Made by a program: the position numbers and the translations under genes. This document shows positions 44,491 through 55,010 of a stretch of DNA of 64,000 nt, piece after piece (position 1 is the stretch's first letter; each line of letters opens with the position of its first letter). Source of the stretch: an uncultured virus (IMG/VR IMGVR_UViG_3300025832_000005) (lineage: Duplodnaviria; Heunggongvirae; Uroviricota; Caudoviricetes); IMG/VR virus record IMGVR_UViG_3300025832_000005, positions 62,001-126,000 of that record; one strand, written 5' to 3'. The notes below the pieces were generated by a model that did no database searches, had not been told where the DNA came from, and was given only the letters and a program-made list of their open reading frames with translations.

Positions 44491-45855
44491 TCAACTAAAA
44501 AGTTTATTAATATCATAAGATTCGAATACTTTATTGATATCCGCTTCCCATTGATCACTTTCTGCATGTACTGGTGTCTCATTGTGTGTTGGCTGTAGCC
44601 TAGGCATCAGCGAAGCAAGTGCTTTTGCTGATTTACCCAGTATAGCATCGTCGTTGATGCTGTCAACCAATTTACTTGCTTCTGCAAGACAATTTGACAT
44701 TGTGCTTTCGCTCTCATCAAGAACGTTAGCAATATACTCCATCACTGCGCCTAATTGGGCTCGTGCTGAAGAATTCTCAAATGTGTGGTTCATTGGATTT
44801 TCAGGATCGCCGACAATGTCAGTTCCTTCTTTAACCCAAACTGTTTTACCACTATTTTCAACAACACTTACAAGGTTGTTGATTGTTTCTGCTACTTTTG
44901 TATTGTGTTCACGTACTGCTTGCATTTCTTTTACAAGTGACTGAACATAAGGTAGTGCGCCTTCTACATTTTCATCAAAGTGATGTACTGTAAATTTTGT
45001 TTTGATATCATCTAGTCCATTTTCGTCCAGTTGCTCATCGCTGGCTTCAAATGCTTCAATCATTGATGAATAGGTTCTTGCGCCCTTCATACGGTTAAGT
45101 GTTTCACGTATACTGTTAATACGTCCAATAACTGCTTCTACAATATCTGCTGTATCTTCGTTAACAAGTCCATTCTTTTCACTATAACGTCTAAACTCTT
45201 TAAGTTTCTTTAATTCTGAACATTGTTCTGCGATATGTTTGCCGAAGTCATCCATTGGATTACCACCAGCTTGTACGTGACGTAGCATAGCTCTGCCGCC
45301 TGCTAAGTTGTTACTTGGAAACTTGTAACGTTCACCTTCGCTGTTTTCAATATAGATGGCTTGAATGTTTCTACTACGTGATCCACGTTGTTCTTCATTC
45401 ACTGCTTTGTTATGTTTAATAACAAGTCTAGCACTTTCTAATTTTTGGTAGCTACTTTTGCTACTCCCGTATGCGGCTCCGATGCCTTCATTTACTTTAT
45501 CTTGATTCATGTCTTTTACCTTTTGAGCTTGGTAGTCGAAATCTTTTGGTTCAATTGACTTGGTGAAATTCTTTAGTGTGTATTCAATAATACTACGGTT
45601 GGCCAAAGTTTTAATCTGTCCTAGCGTTTCTTTTATTGATTGATGATCTACATTTGATCCTAAACTTACTTTTATATTACGAGTATTTTCAGTTTCATCT
45701 AAACTAATCATAGTTCCAGTGTCTATCATAAAAAATCGTCTAGCTTCTGCAGGGTCTACTGTATCAGCACCCTCATCAGTATACAATTTTAAATCGTGAC
45801 CGTTGCCTTTGAGTATTTTAAACATCTTTTCTGCAACTAATTCTGAACTCAACAT
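44491..45855 (-). CDS. Hypothetical late protein
   Basis: 454 aa; RSRNIQAIYIEN..GERYKFP motif; late box upstream. Confidence 0.75.
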   Translation of the reverse strand: MLSSELVAEKMFKILKGNGHDLKLYTDEGADTVDPAEARRFFMIDTGTMISLDETENTRNIKVSLGSNVDHQSIKETLGQIKTLANRSIIEYTLKNFTKSIEPKDFDYQAQKVKDMNQDKVNEGIGAAYGSSKSSYQKLESARLVIKHNKAVNEEQRGSRSRNIQAIYIENSEGERYKFPSNNLAGGRAMLRHVQAGGNPMDDFGKHIAEQCSELKKLKEFRRYSEKNGLVNEDTADIVEAVIGRINSIRETLNRMKGARTYSSMIEAFEASDEQLDENGLDDIKTKFTVHHFDENVEGALPYVQSLVKEMQAVREHNTKVAETINNLVSVVENSGKTVWVKEGTDIVGDPENPMNHTFENSSARAQLGAVMEYIANVLDESESTMSNCLAEASKLVDSINDDAILGKSAKALASLMPRLQPTHNETPVHAESDQWEADINKVFESYDINKLFS

Positions 45856-45882
45856 ATCTCTTTAACTTTCTATATAATGTAT

Positions 45883-47439
45883 TTATACCAAAAACGTAAA
45901 TGGCATAGGTGCTAAATCTTCTTCATCACTAAAACTATCTTTAAGCTCGTTATATGTAACTTCATCATACTGTGCTACTTGTTGTGCGACTCTAACCACC
46001 AGCAATGCTGACATTACTAAGTCATCAGTTTCGCCTTCTTTTGCGCTGTAACTAGCACCACGAGCAACAAATGTTTTTGTTTCACGTAGTAGTGTACTAC
46101 TGGCTATTTCCATTTTATCAGTTTCAATCCAGTTTTTAAATTTACTACATGCTGCTAACTTACTTTTGTTTGTAGTAGTAAACCCTTTTCTATAACCTCT
46201 GCTTGATCCAGCACGTCTAGGTTCAGATATAAATGTGCCAGGTAAGTTTTCCTCACCCATTTCATTAATAACAACTAGTGCCGCTTCTCCTAGTGTATTG
46301 TTTTCTACACTCCAATATATTTCAGATTCAGGTGCTCCTGATTGTATTTCAGTAAGCATTCCACGTAATATTCTTATTTGCTCTTGTATAGGAGTTTTAT
46401 TGTGCATCCACTCTCCTACTTGTCGCATACCAGGAAGCTCGTATATTTGTATTGCGCTGTTGTCGCCACCTGTACCCAAACTTGGATCCAATCCAGCAAT
46501 ATAAGTTTTTCCATTTTGGAATGGCCTATACCAACGTACTTGTCCAGTTTTCTTGAGTACATCTTTAGTTTCCATTAACGATAACTTTACACTGTCAATA
46601 AGTGTTTCATCAAAGGCAATGAATTCATTTAGGTGTTCACGACGGAATCGCTCCTCACCAATTTTACCTGTTTCTTCATCTGCCCATTTTTGGTCACGGT
46701 CTGGATGATGTTTCCAATCAGCACTGTATGCTTTAAACCCATTTTTACCAGTTTCTTTTTCATTACCATATGCGTCAGTTGTCTTTAGTGCTTCTCGCCA
46801 AATACGAGCAAATTGGTCATCGTCTTGGTTTGGTGTACTTGTAATAATACATTTACCACCTGTACTAAGTGTTGGTGACAATGCTGTCCAGAATTCACGA
46901 GCAATAGTAGGTCTTACAAACGCAAACTCGTCTAAGTACGCTAACGATATACTTAAACCACGTCCAGTATTGTCTGTAGTTGCTTGAGCAATAATACGGC
47001 TACCATTGTCAAACTCTAGTGATCCTTTATTATATGCTGTAACACCAGCACGTATAAAGTTTGGTAAAAGTTCGTAAGCAAAACGTATACGCTGCATAAT
47101 CTCTTGTGCGCCACTATACTTGTGCGCCGCAATTAGAATAGTTTGGTCTGGAATAAACATACTATACCACAGCAAGTATGCGCCCGCCGCAGTTGATTTA
47201 CCCATCTGTCTACTAATAAGAGCAATACTGTATCTGTGATTGTGATACGAATTTAATAGTTCTCTTTGGTAATCAAACAACTCAAATTTAAGTCTACCCT
47301 TGGTAGGGTGTTGAATCCAAACATATTCAGTTATAAAGTACTGCGGATCCATAGCACATTTAGCAAGTTCTTGTAACTCATGCGTTGTGTATTTTTCTTT
47401 TGTGTACGGGGTTTTAGTTAATTTTGTATCTACTGACAT
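45883..47439 (-). CDS. Terminase large subunit (gp17-like)
   Basis: LFDYQ, SRQMGKST, YLDEFAFV, TSTPN, GLDPSLG.GGD.S, VENN, DDLVMS. Confidence 0.95.
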   Translation of the reverse strand: MSVDTKLTKTPYTKEKYTTHELQELAKCAMDPQYFITEYVWIQHPTKGRLKFELFDYQRELLNSYHNHRYSIALISRQMGKSTAAGAYLLWYSMFIPDQTILIAAHKYSGAQEIMQRIRFAYELLPNFIRAGVTAYNKGSLEFDNGSRIIAQATTDNTGRGLSISLAYLDEFAFVRPTIAREFWTALSPTLSTGGKCIITSTPNQDDDQFARIWREALKTTDAYGNEKETGKNGFKAYSADWKHHPDRDQKWADEETGKIGEERFRREHLNEFIAFDETLIDSVKLSLMETKDVLKKTGQVRWYRPFQNGKTYIAGLDPSLGTGGDNSAIQIYELPGMRQVGEWMHNKTPIQEQIRILRGMLTEIQSGAPESEIYWSVENNTLGEAALVVINEMGEENLPGTFISEPRRAGSSRGYRKGFTTTNKSKLAACSKFKNWIETDKMEIASSTLLRETKTFVARGASYSAKEGETDDLVMSALLVVRVAQQVAQYDEVTYNELKDSFSDEEDLAPMPFTFLV

Positions 47440-47464
47440 ACTAATACTTATGTTAAGTTAAAAA

Positions 47465-47497
47465 GGGGAAGCGACAAATTGTTTTGTCAGCTTCCCC
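47465..47497 (-). terminator. Rho-independent terminator-like hairpin
   Basis: ggggaagcgacaaa..tttgtcagcttcccc stem followed by a T-run on the minus strand. Confidence 0.6.
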
Positions 47498-47534
47498 AAA
47501 TGTAAACCTTAAGCCTGTAATTAAGGGTTGTATA

Positions 47535-48341
47535 TTATATACCCGCTAGTTTGCGCAAGTAATCTAATTCTTCGTGTGCGTGTGTATGCGCATCATTATT
47601 GCATTCACATCCTGTTTCTGGTTGGCCAATTGTACATCCACAATCTTCACATGTTGCTGTTGCTTCTTCGCCTAAGCCTTCGCCCATTCTTGACAACGCA
47701 TCTTGAATAACATCTGCGTCTAAGGCAGTTAATAGTTCGTGCATTACTTTTTCAATACCATGTTGTTCGATCATATCGTATACTGGTTTTGTATAATAGC
47801 CGCCTGCTTCGTTAGTTTTAGCTCTAGCGTTAGCTCTTTCTTCAGCAGCACATTCATCACATGTATCAATTTCACCATCAGTTTCGTCTTTCATGTATTC
47901 ACAATCTGAACAACCTTTGGTTTCTTCTCCTAATTCATCTCTACCCCATACAAACTTACCATCTGCGCCAGGTTTCATACGCTTAATAATCTCCGCATTT
48001 TTACCTAGTCCATCATTTTTACGATCATCTGCTTTTTTTTGATAAAATGGATTATCTGCATGTGTATATGAACTATCGCCTGATACTTTACGTACTGCGT
48101 CTTGTGGCATTGAAGCATTGCTTTTACCTACTTTAATAGCGTTTGCTGTACTTGCTACTGCATTGTAACGATCTTGATAGTTTTCTACATATACTTCTAC
48201 CATGTCATCGCCATTACGTAGTCCGCCTTTTTTAACTTTTACGTTTTCTTTGCCGTATTCTTTCATAGCTTTTGCTGGAGACATTGATGTTTGTTTCCAA
48301 CTCTTTTCGCCTTCTTTTAAATATTCAGTAAATGTTTTCAT
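47535..48341 (-). CDS. Probable head internal/core protein
   Basis: MKTFTEYLKEG N-terminus, modular body, C-terminal LRKLAGI. Confidence 0.65.
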   Translation of the reverse strand: MKTFTEYLKEGEKSWKQTSMSPAKAMKEYGKENVKVKKGGLRNGDDMVEVYVENYQDRYNAVASTANAIKVGKSNASMPQDAVRKVSGDSSYTHADNPFYQKKADDRKNDGLGKNAEIIKRMKPGADGKFVWGRDELGEETKGCSDCEYMKDETDGEIDTCDECAAEERANARAKTNEAGGYYTKPVYDMIEQHGIEKVMHELLTALDADVIQDALSRMGEGLGEEATATCEDCGCTIGQPETGCECNNDAHTHAHEELDYLRKLAGI

Positions 48342-49018
48342 TATTCTAGTCCTGCTAATTTTTTCATATATTCAATAGCTTCACCAAATCCACTATCACG
48401 ACCAATACGACTATCTAAGTCACGTGCTACTTGATCTCTAACATCTGTATCGCCTGCTTCAGCAAAATTATCGTTATCATCTGCTAAGTTCATTAAGTCT
48501 GACATAGCGGCATCAATAGCACGCTCTGGACTATCAAATTCACCTGCTTCGTGTCTTTTAACAATATCGTCTACAACTTCAGCAACTTCAGCATTGCCTT
48601 CGTCACTAAACATACCGTATTCACGGTTGCTATCATACTCGCCACGTGATGGGTTGTAGTCTGGTGCGCCTGCTTCTTGTACGTCTTCGTTCATGCTTTT
48701 CCACATTTCGTCACATTCTTCTTTGCTAACGCCTTGTGCCATATACTCTTGACAAAAATCATCATGGTCCATGTTTTCAGCATCGTCCATCATTTTGTCT
48801 TTCATGCCGCCTTCATTTATTGACTCTTCCATGGTTGCTTCTGTATGTGCTTCACGCATTGCTCCCATTAATTCTTCAAAAGCAGATCTTACATCTCCTA
48901 AATCACAATCATCGCCACAAGCTGCTTCTAGCTTGCCGCCATCACGGAATACACTATTAAGTTCTTTTAGTTTATCCATTGCTCCATTAAATGTATTATC
49001 TATTTTTGAATGTGCCAT
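48341..49018 (-). CDS. Probable head internal/core protein (acidic)
   Basis: C-terminal MKKLAGLE. Confidence 0.65.
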   Translation of the reverse strand: MAHSKIDNTFNGAMDKLKELNSVFRDGGKLEAACGDDCDLGDVRSAFEELMGAMREAHTEATMEESINEGGMKDKMMDDAENMDHDDFCQEYMAQGVSKEECDEMWKSMNEDVQEAGAPDYNPSRGEYDSNREYGMFSDEGNAEVAEVVDDIVKRHEAGEFDSPERAIDAAMSDLMNLADDNDNFAEAGDTDVRDQVARDLDSRIGRDSGFGEAIEYMKKLAGLE

Positions 49019-49019
49019 A

Positions 49020-49640
49020 TTAAATACCTGCGTTTCTTCTAAGTACTGCTAGTTCACTGTCTATGCTATCTGATAGTTTGTGTGCTGTATCTTTTTTCAT
49101 TGTAGTTTTATGTGTCTTACCACCAAACTCAAAACTGTCTTTACCAGATCTTGATGCTGCAGCAGCCGCTTGATTAAAAGCATTTTCGTCAATATCATCT
49201 TCTTCAACTTTTGCTTCGTCTACTTTATCATCGTCGTCTTTTTCCCATGGTGCTTTTTTAAGAGATACTTTTTTTCTTTTCTCGCCACGCTCTGGTTCGT
49301 CTGCTTTATCAAAAGCACGTCTTATTGCTTTCTCATCTTCAGCACTACCTTCTTTAAATGATGCATATGCTTCACTTACACTTTCTACAGTGTGGTCTGG
49401 ATACACAGTTTCATCTACACTAACATGATCGCCTTTTGCTTTCAAGTAACGGCGTAAACTTGTATCTACATCACTACCCATTGATTGCATTGGGTCGTCC
49501 ATCATTTGTTCATCTGGGGCTGTTGTTGCTTGCTCGAATCCTGCGCCCTCTGCTTCTTCAACTTCTGCTGTTGTTTCAATTCTGTTAAGAAGTTCTGGGT
49601 TTACAATTCCTGCTAATTTTACTAAGTCTCTTAAATCCAT
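49020..49640 (-). CDS. Probable head internal/core protein
   Basis: N-terminal LVKLAGI and C-terminal LRRNAGI. Confidence 0.65.
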   Translation of the reverse strand: MDLRDLVKLAGIVNPELLNRIETTAEVEEAEGAGFEQATTAPDEQMMDDPMQSMGSDVDTSLRRYLKAKGDHVSVDETVYPDHTVESVSEAYASFKEGSAEDEKAIRRAFDKADEPERGEKRKKVSLKKAPWEKDDDDKVDEAKVEEDDIDENAFNQAAAAASRSGKDSFEFGGKTHKTTMKKDTAHKLSDSIDSELAVLRRNAGI

Positions 49641-49644
49641 TTTT

Positions 49645-50145
49645 TTATACCTTATATTCTTTATTTAATTCTGATTTAGGTAAGTTCTTAACAAAGTTTG
49701 AAACAAATTCATTTCCAAAGTTGTCTTTATGTTCTACTTTTTCAGCTTCGCTATAATCAGCATCTGCTAATACACTTTTGCTTTCATCATCAGTAGCGTT
49801 CTCTAAATCCTCTTCTTCGTCGATAAACTCACCTTCATTATATACTCTAATTGCTCCAATACTAATACCAGTTGACGCCGCAACTTCTTCTTGCATTACA
49901 TTTGGAGTACATGGTAGGTGTGTTACGATTTCCAAAGTAGACACTGCGCTCGGGCCAATGTCACCAAACCCGGCTGGGCTTCTTTGAATAATACTAGTCT
50001 TAGGTGCGCTTACGCTCTCTACATTGTATCTTGCTAAGTGCTTCTCTAATTTATCTAGTTGATCATCTGACATTTCAGCCACAGTACGTAGTCTGAAGTT
50101 GTATGTTTTCTCAGATTCTGCCAAATATTGCTTTAAACTTTTCAT
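49645..50145 (-). CDS. Hypothetical late protein
   Basis: MKSLKQYLAES N-terminus. Confidence 0.7.
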   Translation of the reverse strand: MKSLKQYLAESEKTYNFRLRTVAEMSDDQLDKLEKHLARYNVESVSAPKTSIIQRSPAGFGDIGPSAVSTLEIVTHLPCTPNVMQEEVAASTGISIGAIRVYNEGEFIDEEEDLENATDDESKSVLADADYSEAEKVEHKDNFGNEFVSNFVKNLPKSELNKEYKV

Positions 50146-50165
50146 AATATTATCCTATCTTATAG

Positions 50166-50693
50166 TTATTTATCACCGTTCTTAGATTCTGCCACTTTTG
50201 CCATAATGTCGTTAATAAGGCTAGAACGGTCAAATTCTTCAGCAGCTCCTTCAATAGGACCGCCATCAATCGGGGTGTCATTGAGCTTGGCAATTTGCAT
50301 TTCAACTTTCTTTTCTTCTAAATCAAGTTTACGTTTGCGCATTTGCATCTCAATCATCTTTAATTTTTTGTCCATCTTTGCTGTTTTAGCTGTAATGGCA
50401 TTTGTCATCATTTTACTTGCGCTATCAAACACTGGAGCAGCATGTCTGTCTTCTACGTTTTGTCCAAGATCCATAAGATCTTTAAACGCATCCATTGCTT
50501 GTTGAGCATACTCATCCATGTCTTTATCAAGTGACTCTAAATCACGCACTGCTGGTAATGCTTGGTCAATTTTATCAGCAGTGTCTAATGCTTGTTGCAT
50601 TGATTCTAAATCAAACCCAGTTTCTTCTGCTGTAGTTTGTGCTGGCGTTTCTGGACTAGCCATGTTAAAAACTTCTTCAATTTTTTTACTCAT
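50166..50693 (-). CDS. Possible terminase small subunit (gp16-like)
   Basis: Helical, L...V..R....F..A..M pattern; lies between head completion and terminase genes. Confidence 0.5.
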   Translation of the reverse strand: MSKKIEEVFNMASPETPAQTTAEETGFDLESMQQALDTADKIDQALPAVRDLESLDKDMDEYAQQAMDAFKDLMDLGQNVEDRHAAPVFDSASKMMTNAITAKTAKMDKKLKMIEMQMRKRKLDLEEKKVEMQIAKLNDTPIDGGPIEGAAEEFDRSSLINDIMAKVAESKNGDK

Positions 50694-51139
50694 TTTTTTC
50701 TCTTCTTTGTTTTCTTAGGATTATTAAAAAGTTCATTCTCAGTTAGCACTCTAAATCCTACGCCTTGTTTTGAAGCAAATAACTTTGCGGCTTGCCATTT
50801 AGCTTCGTTTACTACTGCGGCGGCTTTTTGAGCTGGACTTCTAGCATTGCCAAGTATTTGTCCAGCAGGCTTAATTTCTATAAACTCAGCATGTCTTTTT
50901 TTGTTTACATCTTCATACACTATAAAAAAGTCTGGCACATACATTGTTTGCTTATTTTTAACTGGATGAAAATATGGTATGCGATGACTTTCACTTGCCC
51001 AGGCTACTACACTAGGATGTGTATCACAAAATCTCATAAATTTTAATTCCCATCCACTACGATATCTCGGTGAATGTTTACCAATATACCTAGATAAATT
51101 TCTAGGTGTGAATATTCCTTGTTGAAACTTAGATGCCAT
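50690..51139 (-). CDS. Head completion nuclease (gp4-like, TnsA fold)
   Basis: YRSGWE..FM..CD..V..WASE..IPY..Y.PDF..EIKP..N.AKW.AA..F.VLTE. Confidence 0.9.
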   Translation of the reverse strand: MASKFQQGIFTPRNLSRYIGKHSPRYRSGWELKFMRFCDTHPSVVAWASESHRIPYFHPVKNKQTMYVPDFFIVYEDVNKKRHAEFIEIKPAGQILGNARSPAQKAAAVVNEAKWQAAKLFASKQGVGFRVLTENELFNNPKKTKKRKK

Positions 51140-51160
51140 TATATACGTATTTATGTTTAA

Positions 51161-51841
51161 TTAAAAGTTTTCAAAAGCAACGTGTTCTGGTTGAAATTGT
51201 GCTGTAAAAGTAACTGGTGCGCTGTCTGAATAGTCTAGTCTATCATGAGTAACATTTGTCATCATACAGTTAGACATAATAATCCTTCGTCCACGACCAT
51301 CACCAGCAGCTGCTGGAGTATTTGGTGGACCAGCAAAAACTGATTCACGTGTGTCAGTAGTAGTTATAATAATTCTATTAAAGAAAAATCTACCTAACGA
51401 ATTTATTGCGTTAAGACCGCTTGGTGTATTAATTACACCAGTAGTAGCATTTGAAGCAAACGGAGATTTAAGTTTACTTAATCCTTGTGAGTAATAATAA
51501 GAAGCATAAGAAGTAAGTAAATTTTGAAAGTGACCATCAACAGTATCATAAAATGTTATTGATGATGGTGAAATTTCCTGTCTAGTTGTCACAAATCTTT
51601 GATGATTGTATTGATTTAATCGTGTTACATTGTATTGATAGTCAGGCAGTTCAACTCCTGATACTCTATCAAATACAAATGATTTTCCATAACTTTCATC
51701 AGATAGTGTAGCAGCATCGTCAATTTCCATAAACACAGAAAAGTTAAATTTCTGTCTTGGCTTCTTGAACATTACGAGATCGTCGACTCCGTAAATCGAT
51801 GCTGCTGCATTAAGTGGACCAGTGCTAGAGGTTATTCCCAT
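51161..51841 (-). CDS. Tail tube-like / baseplate tube-initiator protein
   Basis: V.LP.Y....NQYN..I.FYD..LDYS.S.P..F tube-fold pattern; follows the tube gene. Confidence 0.65.
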   Translation of the reverse strand: MGITSSTGPLNAAASIYGVDDLVMFKKPRQKFNFSVFMEIDDAATLSDESYGKSFVFDRVSGVELPDYQYNVTRLNQYNHQRFVTTRQEISPSSITFYDTVDGHFQNLLTSYASYYYSQGLSKLKSPFASNATTGVINTPSGLNAINSLGRFFFNRIIITTTDTRESVFAGPPNTPAAAGDGRGRRIIMSNCMMTNVTHDRLDYSDSAPVTFTAQFQPEHVAFENF

Positions 51842-51847
51842 TAGTTA

Positions 51848-52438
51848 TTAGCCTGTTGCGTTAACTAATGTGTTGTCTACTGTGCCGCCTGTAAGTGTGG
51901 CGTTTCCAGCAGCGTCATAAATCTCTGCGTTGTCGTATTGAATTTGTACTGTAACTTGTACTTGGTCACTTGCGCTATATGCCATATCGCCATACTGAAT
52001 GTTTGTGATGTAGCAACCGCTAAGTTCAAACTTGTCTAGTACACCTGGTGTTGGATTTGCTCCGTCAAGTGTTTCTATTGAAGTTGAAAATTTATAACCA
52101 GCACCTGCTCTTACACTACTTTGGTTAGCGTGGTCTACTTGTCTGTTAAGTTGGTTATTTAATTCTCTTAGTGTAACGCCATCAATGTCGTCACGTAATA
52201 CAATACTTACAGGTTCCCATGTGTGTTTGCCTGCTAAGTAAATTCTACTATTGTACGCATCTACTGGGATTTGTTCGTGTGTTAATCCAGGTCTGCTTGT
52301 ACTAATAACGTTTCTTGTTGGGGTAGCACTAAAGCCTTCACCCTCAAAAGTAACTCTGAAACGGTACTGTAGTTTTGGCATAATAGTAGTGGTGTTTCCT
52401 GAATTGTCTGGAACACCTAGTGTTGTTAATACTGCCAT
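51848..52438 (-). CDS. Tail tube protein (gp19-like)
   Basis: PKLQYRFRV..RP..YLAGKHTWEP..RDD..GC...YGD..Y..IQYDNA. Confidence 0.85.
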   Translation of the reverse strand: MAVLTTLGVPDNSGNTTTIMPKLQYRFRVTFEGEGFSATPTRNVISTSRPGLTHEQIPVDAYNSRIYLAGKHTWEPVSIVLRDDIDGVTLRELNNQLNRQVDHANQSSVRAGAGYKFSTSIETLDGANPTPGVLDKFELSGCYITNIQYGDMAYSASDQVQVTVQIQYDNAEIYDAAGNATLTGGTVDNTLVNATG

Positions 52439-52537
52439 GTTAGTCTCCTCTATACTAGCTAATACTATTTATAAGAAATCAGTGAAAAAAAATGGACGCA
52501 CTAGGCGCCCATTAAGTTTGTAGTTATTTTAGTCTTT

Positions 52538-54916
52538 TTATGCGTTAGACAGTGTACCACTGTTAACGATACGGATTGGAATGTAAATAAATTCTACTGA
52601 TTTAGTTGGCTCAATTGCCACATCAATATATAATTCGTTACGGTCAATACGTGCTGGTGTGTTGTTGCTTGTATCACACACAACAGCAAAGTCTGTTACA
52701 CCTCTGCGGCTTAAAATATCTGCCAAGAAACGTTCAAACACTTGTGCTGCTCTTGCTCTAGTCTGTGTATCGTTTTGTTCAAACAAGAATGGTCTAGCAA
52801 TCTCATCAAAACGTTCACGTAAGTAAGCCACCAAGCGAGCAACGTTAACACGGTCAAGTGCTGTTGTTGTACTTGCTAATGTTTTCTGTCCAAATATAAC
52901 TGTACCTTGTCCAATAAATGTTGTAATTGGATTTAGTTTGTTTTGATACATTTCATCACGTTGTCCTTGTGTAAGGCTAATTGCTTTAAACTCATTCTCA
53001 CTAGTAATGTAACCAACTGAGCTTGCGTTTTGTACAACACCACGTGTTAATCCTGCTGGAGCAAACCATGGGAAACTAATGTTGTCGTTATAAGCAAATG
53101 TGTATAGTGCCATGTGACTTGCTGGAACAACTACTGTTTTACCTGTAACTGGCTCTGTTGAGTTGCCTGATGGATAGTATGCGGCACTGTAAGTATTATT
53201 TGTTACTAAGCCATCTTCTCCATTTTCAGTAGCAACGTTACTATTTTTAACCCAACTAATTGCTTCAGTTGCAGTTTTGCGCATTGGTGTATCAATAATA
53301 ATAAATGCTGTTTCACCACGGTCACTGTTTAGTGTTACTAATTCGTCTGTTAGTTCAGGATAGTTAGGTGCTGCTAGTAAACTATATGCGTACTGCTCTT
53401 CACGTAAATCTGCTCCTGCTACTACTGCTTGCATGCCAGCCGCTACAACTTTACGTTGAGCAAATCTACCAAATGCGCCACTGCCATCTGAATGATTAGT
53501 TGCCGCATTTCTCCATGCTGTGCCGTTCCAACTACGTACTGTATTTCTACTTTGTGCCATATTAACTACAAGCATTCCATCTGGATAAATTGTCGCATCT
53601 GGAGCACCTGCAATACCAGCACCGCCGCCGAAAGTGTCGTCAATGTCAGCAAACAATACACCGTTTGCGCTTGTTTGGTCACTATTTGAATGTTTAACCC
53701 AAGCAGAACCATTATGCTGATAAATTTTAGGATAGTCACGGGCATTAGCACCGCTTGCTAATGTTGTGTCGACCCAAACATCACCATCCGCTAATGCGGC
53801 GCCTAAGGTGTCTGTTGTTGGTGCTGTTGTGCTATATTGTACATCAGCTGCTGCGGTCCATGCAGAACCATTACTAGTATAAATGTCTAAACTATCAACT
53901 GTGTTATCAAACCAATATTGACCAGTTGATGCTGTTGCTGTTGGTGCTGCAATTTGTGCTAATAATGAAGAAGCTAATGCCAACGGTGCGCCTGCGCCGC
54001 TTACTACTAAGATATCAATTTGATCTACTGCTTCACCTAAAAGTATACCGCCTGCTGTGGCACTTGATGTTAGTGCTGTTGCGCTTGCGCCATCTTGTGG
54101 TACAAATGTAGTAATATCAGCATTATCTGAACCATCACTTACACCTACTACTGATTGTGGATTCCATGCTGTAGTAAATTTACTAATAGCAATACTTACA
54201 CCGTTACCTGGGCTTGTTGTTTTAACCCAAACATCGCCATTACTTGGTCCTACTGGTACGCTATAGTGTGGTGCTAGTGTTGCGCCTGCTGTTACCCATG
54301 CCGCTCCACTTTCTTTATAATATTCAATACTATTACTTAAAGTTGAAACTACGACGTGATATCCGCCAGTTACAACTGCTGCCGCTGGTGCTGTGCCTGC
54401 CGCTGTACTAATTACTTCTACTGTTGGTAGTTTGTTTTCCCATAGTCCACTTGTACTGTTATATACGTGGATACCATACTTACTAGCGTCTGTGTCTAAC
54501 CAGTATGTATTTGCTGTTGAAAATGTACTTGTTGGTTGAATTGTTGTTGAATCTAATTCTGCTAGGTCAATATTAGCACGAACGATAAAGGCTCGTGATC
54601 CTTGTCCTAGATAACTGTATGCGGCTAATAAGCCGTATTCACTTGTTTCGCTACCTTGTACAATAGCTGTTCCGCTTGTAGTGAATGTTGGATTACCAAA
54701 ATATTGTGTAAGCTCACGCTGTGATGTAACTGAAATTACATTACCAGCTTGTGTTGCTTTTGTAAATTTTGCGATACCATCTGATTCACTACCAGTTGGA
54801 TCTGTTTTATTTTCTCTTGTTGCTACAACAATTAGTGGTACTGTTCCGTTTCCGGCGGCGCCATATGCGCTTTCATCAGTTACACTAACCTGTACACCTG
54901 GTGATACTAAAGCCAT
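52538..54916 (-). CDS. Tail sheath protein (gp18-like)
   Basis: LVSPGV, FG.P, WFAPAG..RG, LNPI, FGQKT..ALDRVNVARL, FEQND, CD.SNNTP..IDRNEL. Confidence 0.95.
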   Translation of the reverse strand: MALVSPGVQVSVTDESAYGAAGNGTVPLIVVATRENKTDPTGSESDGIAKFTKATQAGNVISVTSQRELTQYFGNPTFTTSGTAIVQGSETSEYGLLAAYSYLGQGSRAFIVRANIDLAELDSTTIQPTSTFSTANTYWLDTDASKYGIHVYNSTSGLWENKLPTVEVISTAAGTAPAAAVVTGGYHVVVSTLSNSIEYYKESGAAWVTAGATLAPHYSVPVGPSNGDVWVKTTSPGNGVSIAISKFTTAWNPQSVVGVSDGSDNADITTFVPQDGASATALTSSATAGGILLGEAVDQIDILVVSGAGAPLALASSLLAQIAAPTATASTGQYWFDNTVDSLDIYTSNGSAWTAAADVQYSTTAPTTDTLGAALADGDVWVDTTLASGANARDYPKIYQHNGSAWVKHSNSDQTSANGVLFADIDDTFGGGAGIAGAPDATIYPDGMLVVNMAQSRNTVRSWNGTAWRNAATNHSDGSGAFGRFAQRKVVAAGMQAVVAGADLREEQYAYSLLAAPNYPELTDELVTLNSDRGETAFIIIDTPMRKTATEAISWVKNSNVATENGEDGLVTNNTYSAAYYPSGNSTEPVTGKTVVVPASHMALYTFAYNDNISFPWFAPAGLTRGVVQNASSVGYITSENEFKAISLTQGQRDEMYQNKLNPITTFIGQGTVIFGQKTLASTTTALDRVNVARLVAYLRERFDEIARPFLFEQNDTQTRARAAQVFERFLADILSRRGVTDFAVVCDTSNNTPARIDRNELYIDVAIEPTKSVEFIYIPIRIVNSGTLSNA

Positions 54917-55010
54917 TTTATTCTCCTCTGGTCATATCTATCGATGTTAGTATTTATTAGAATAGCTATATATCAGGGGGGAAACAGGGGTTAACTACGT
55001 AGTTATTTAA

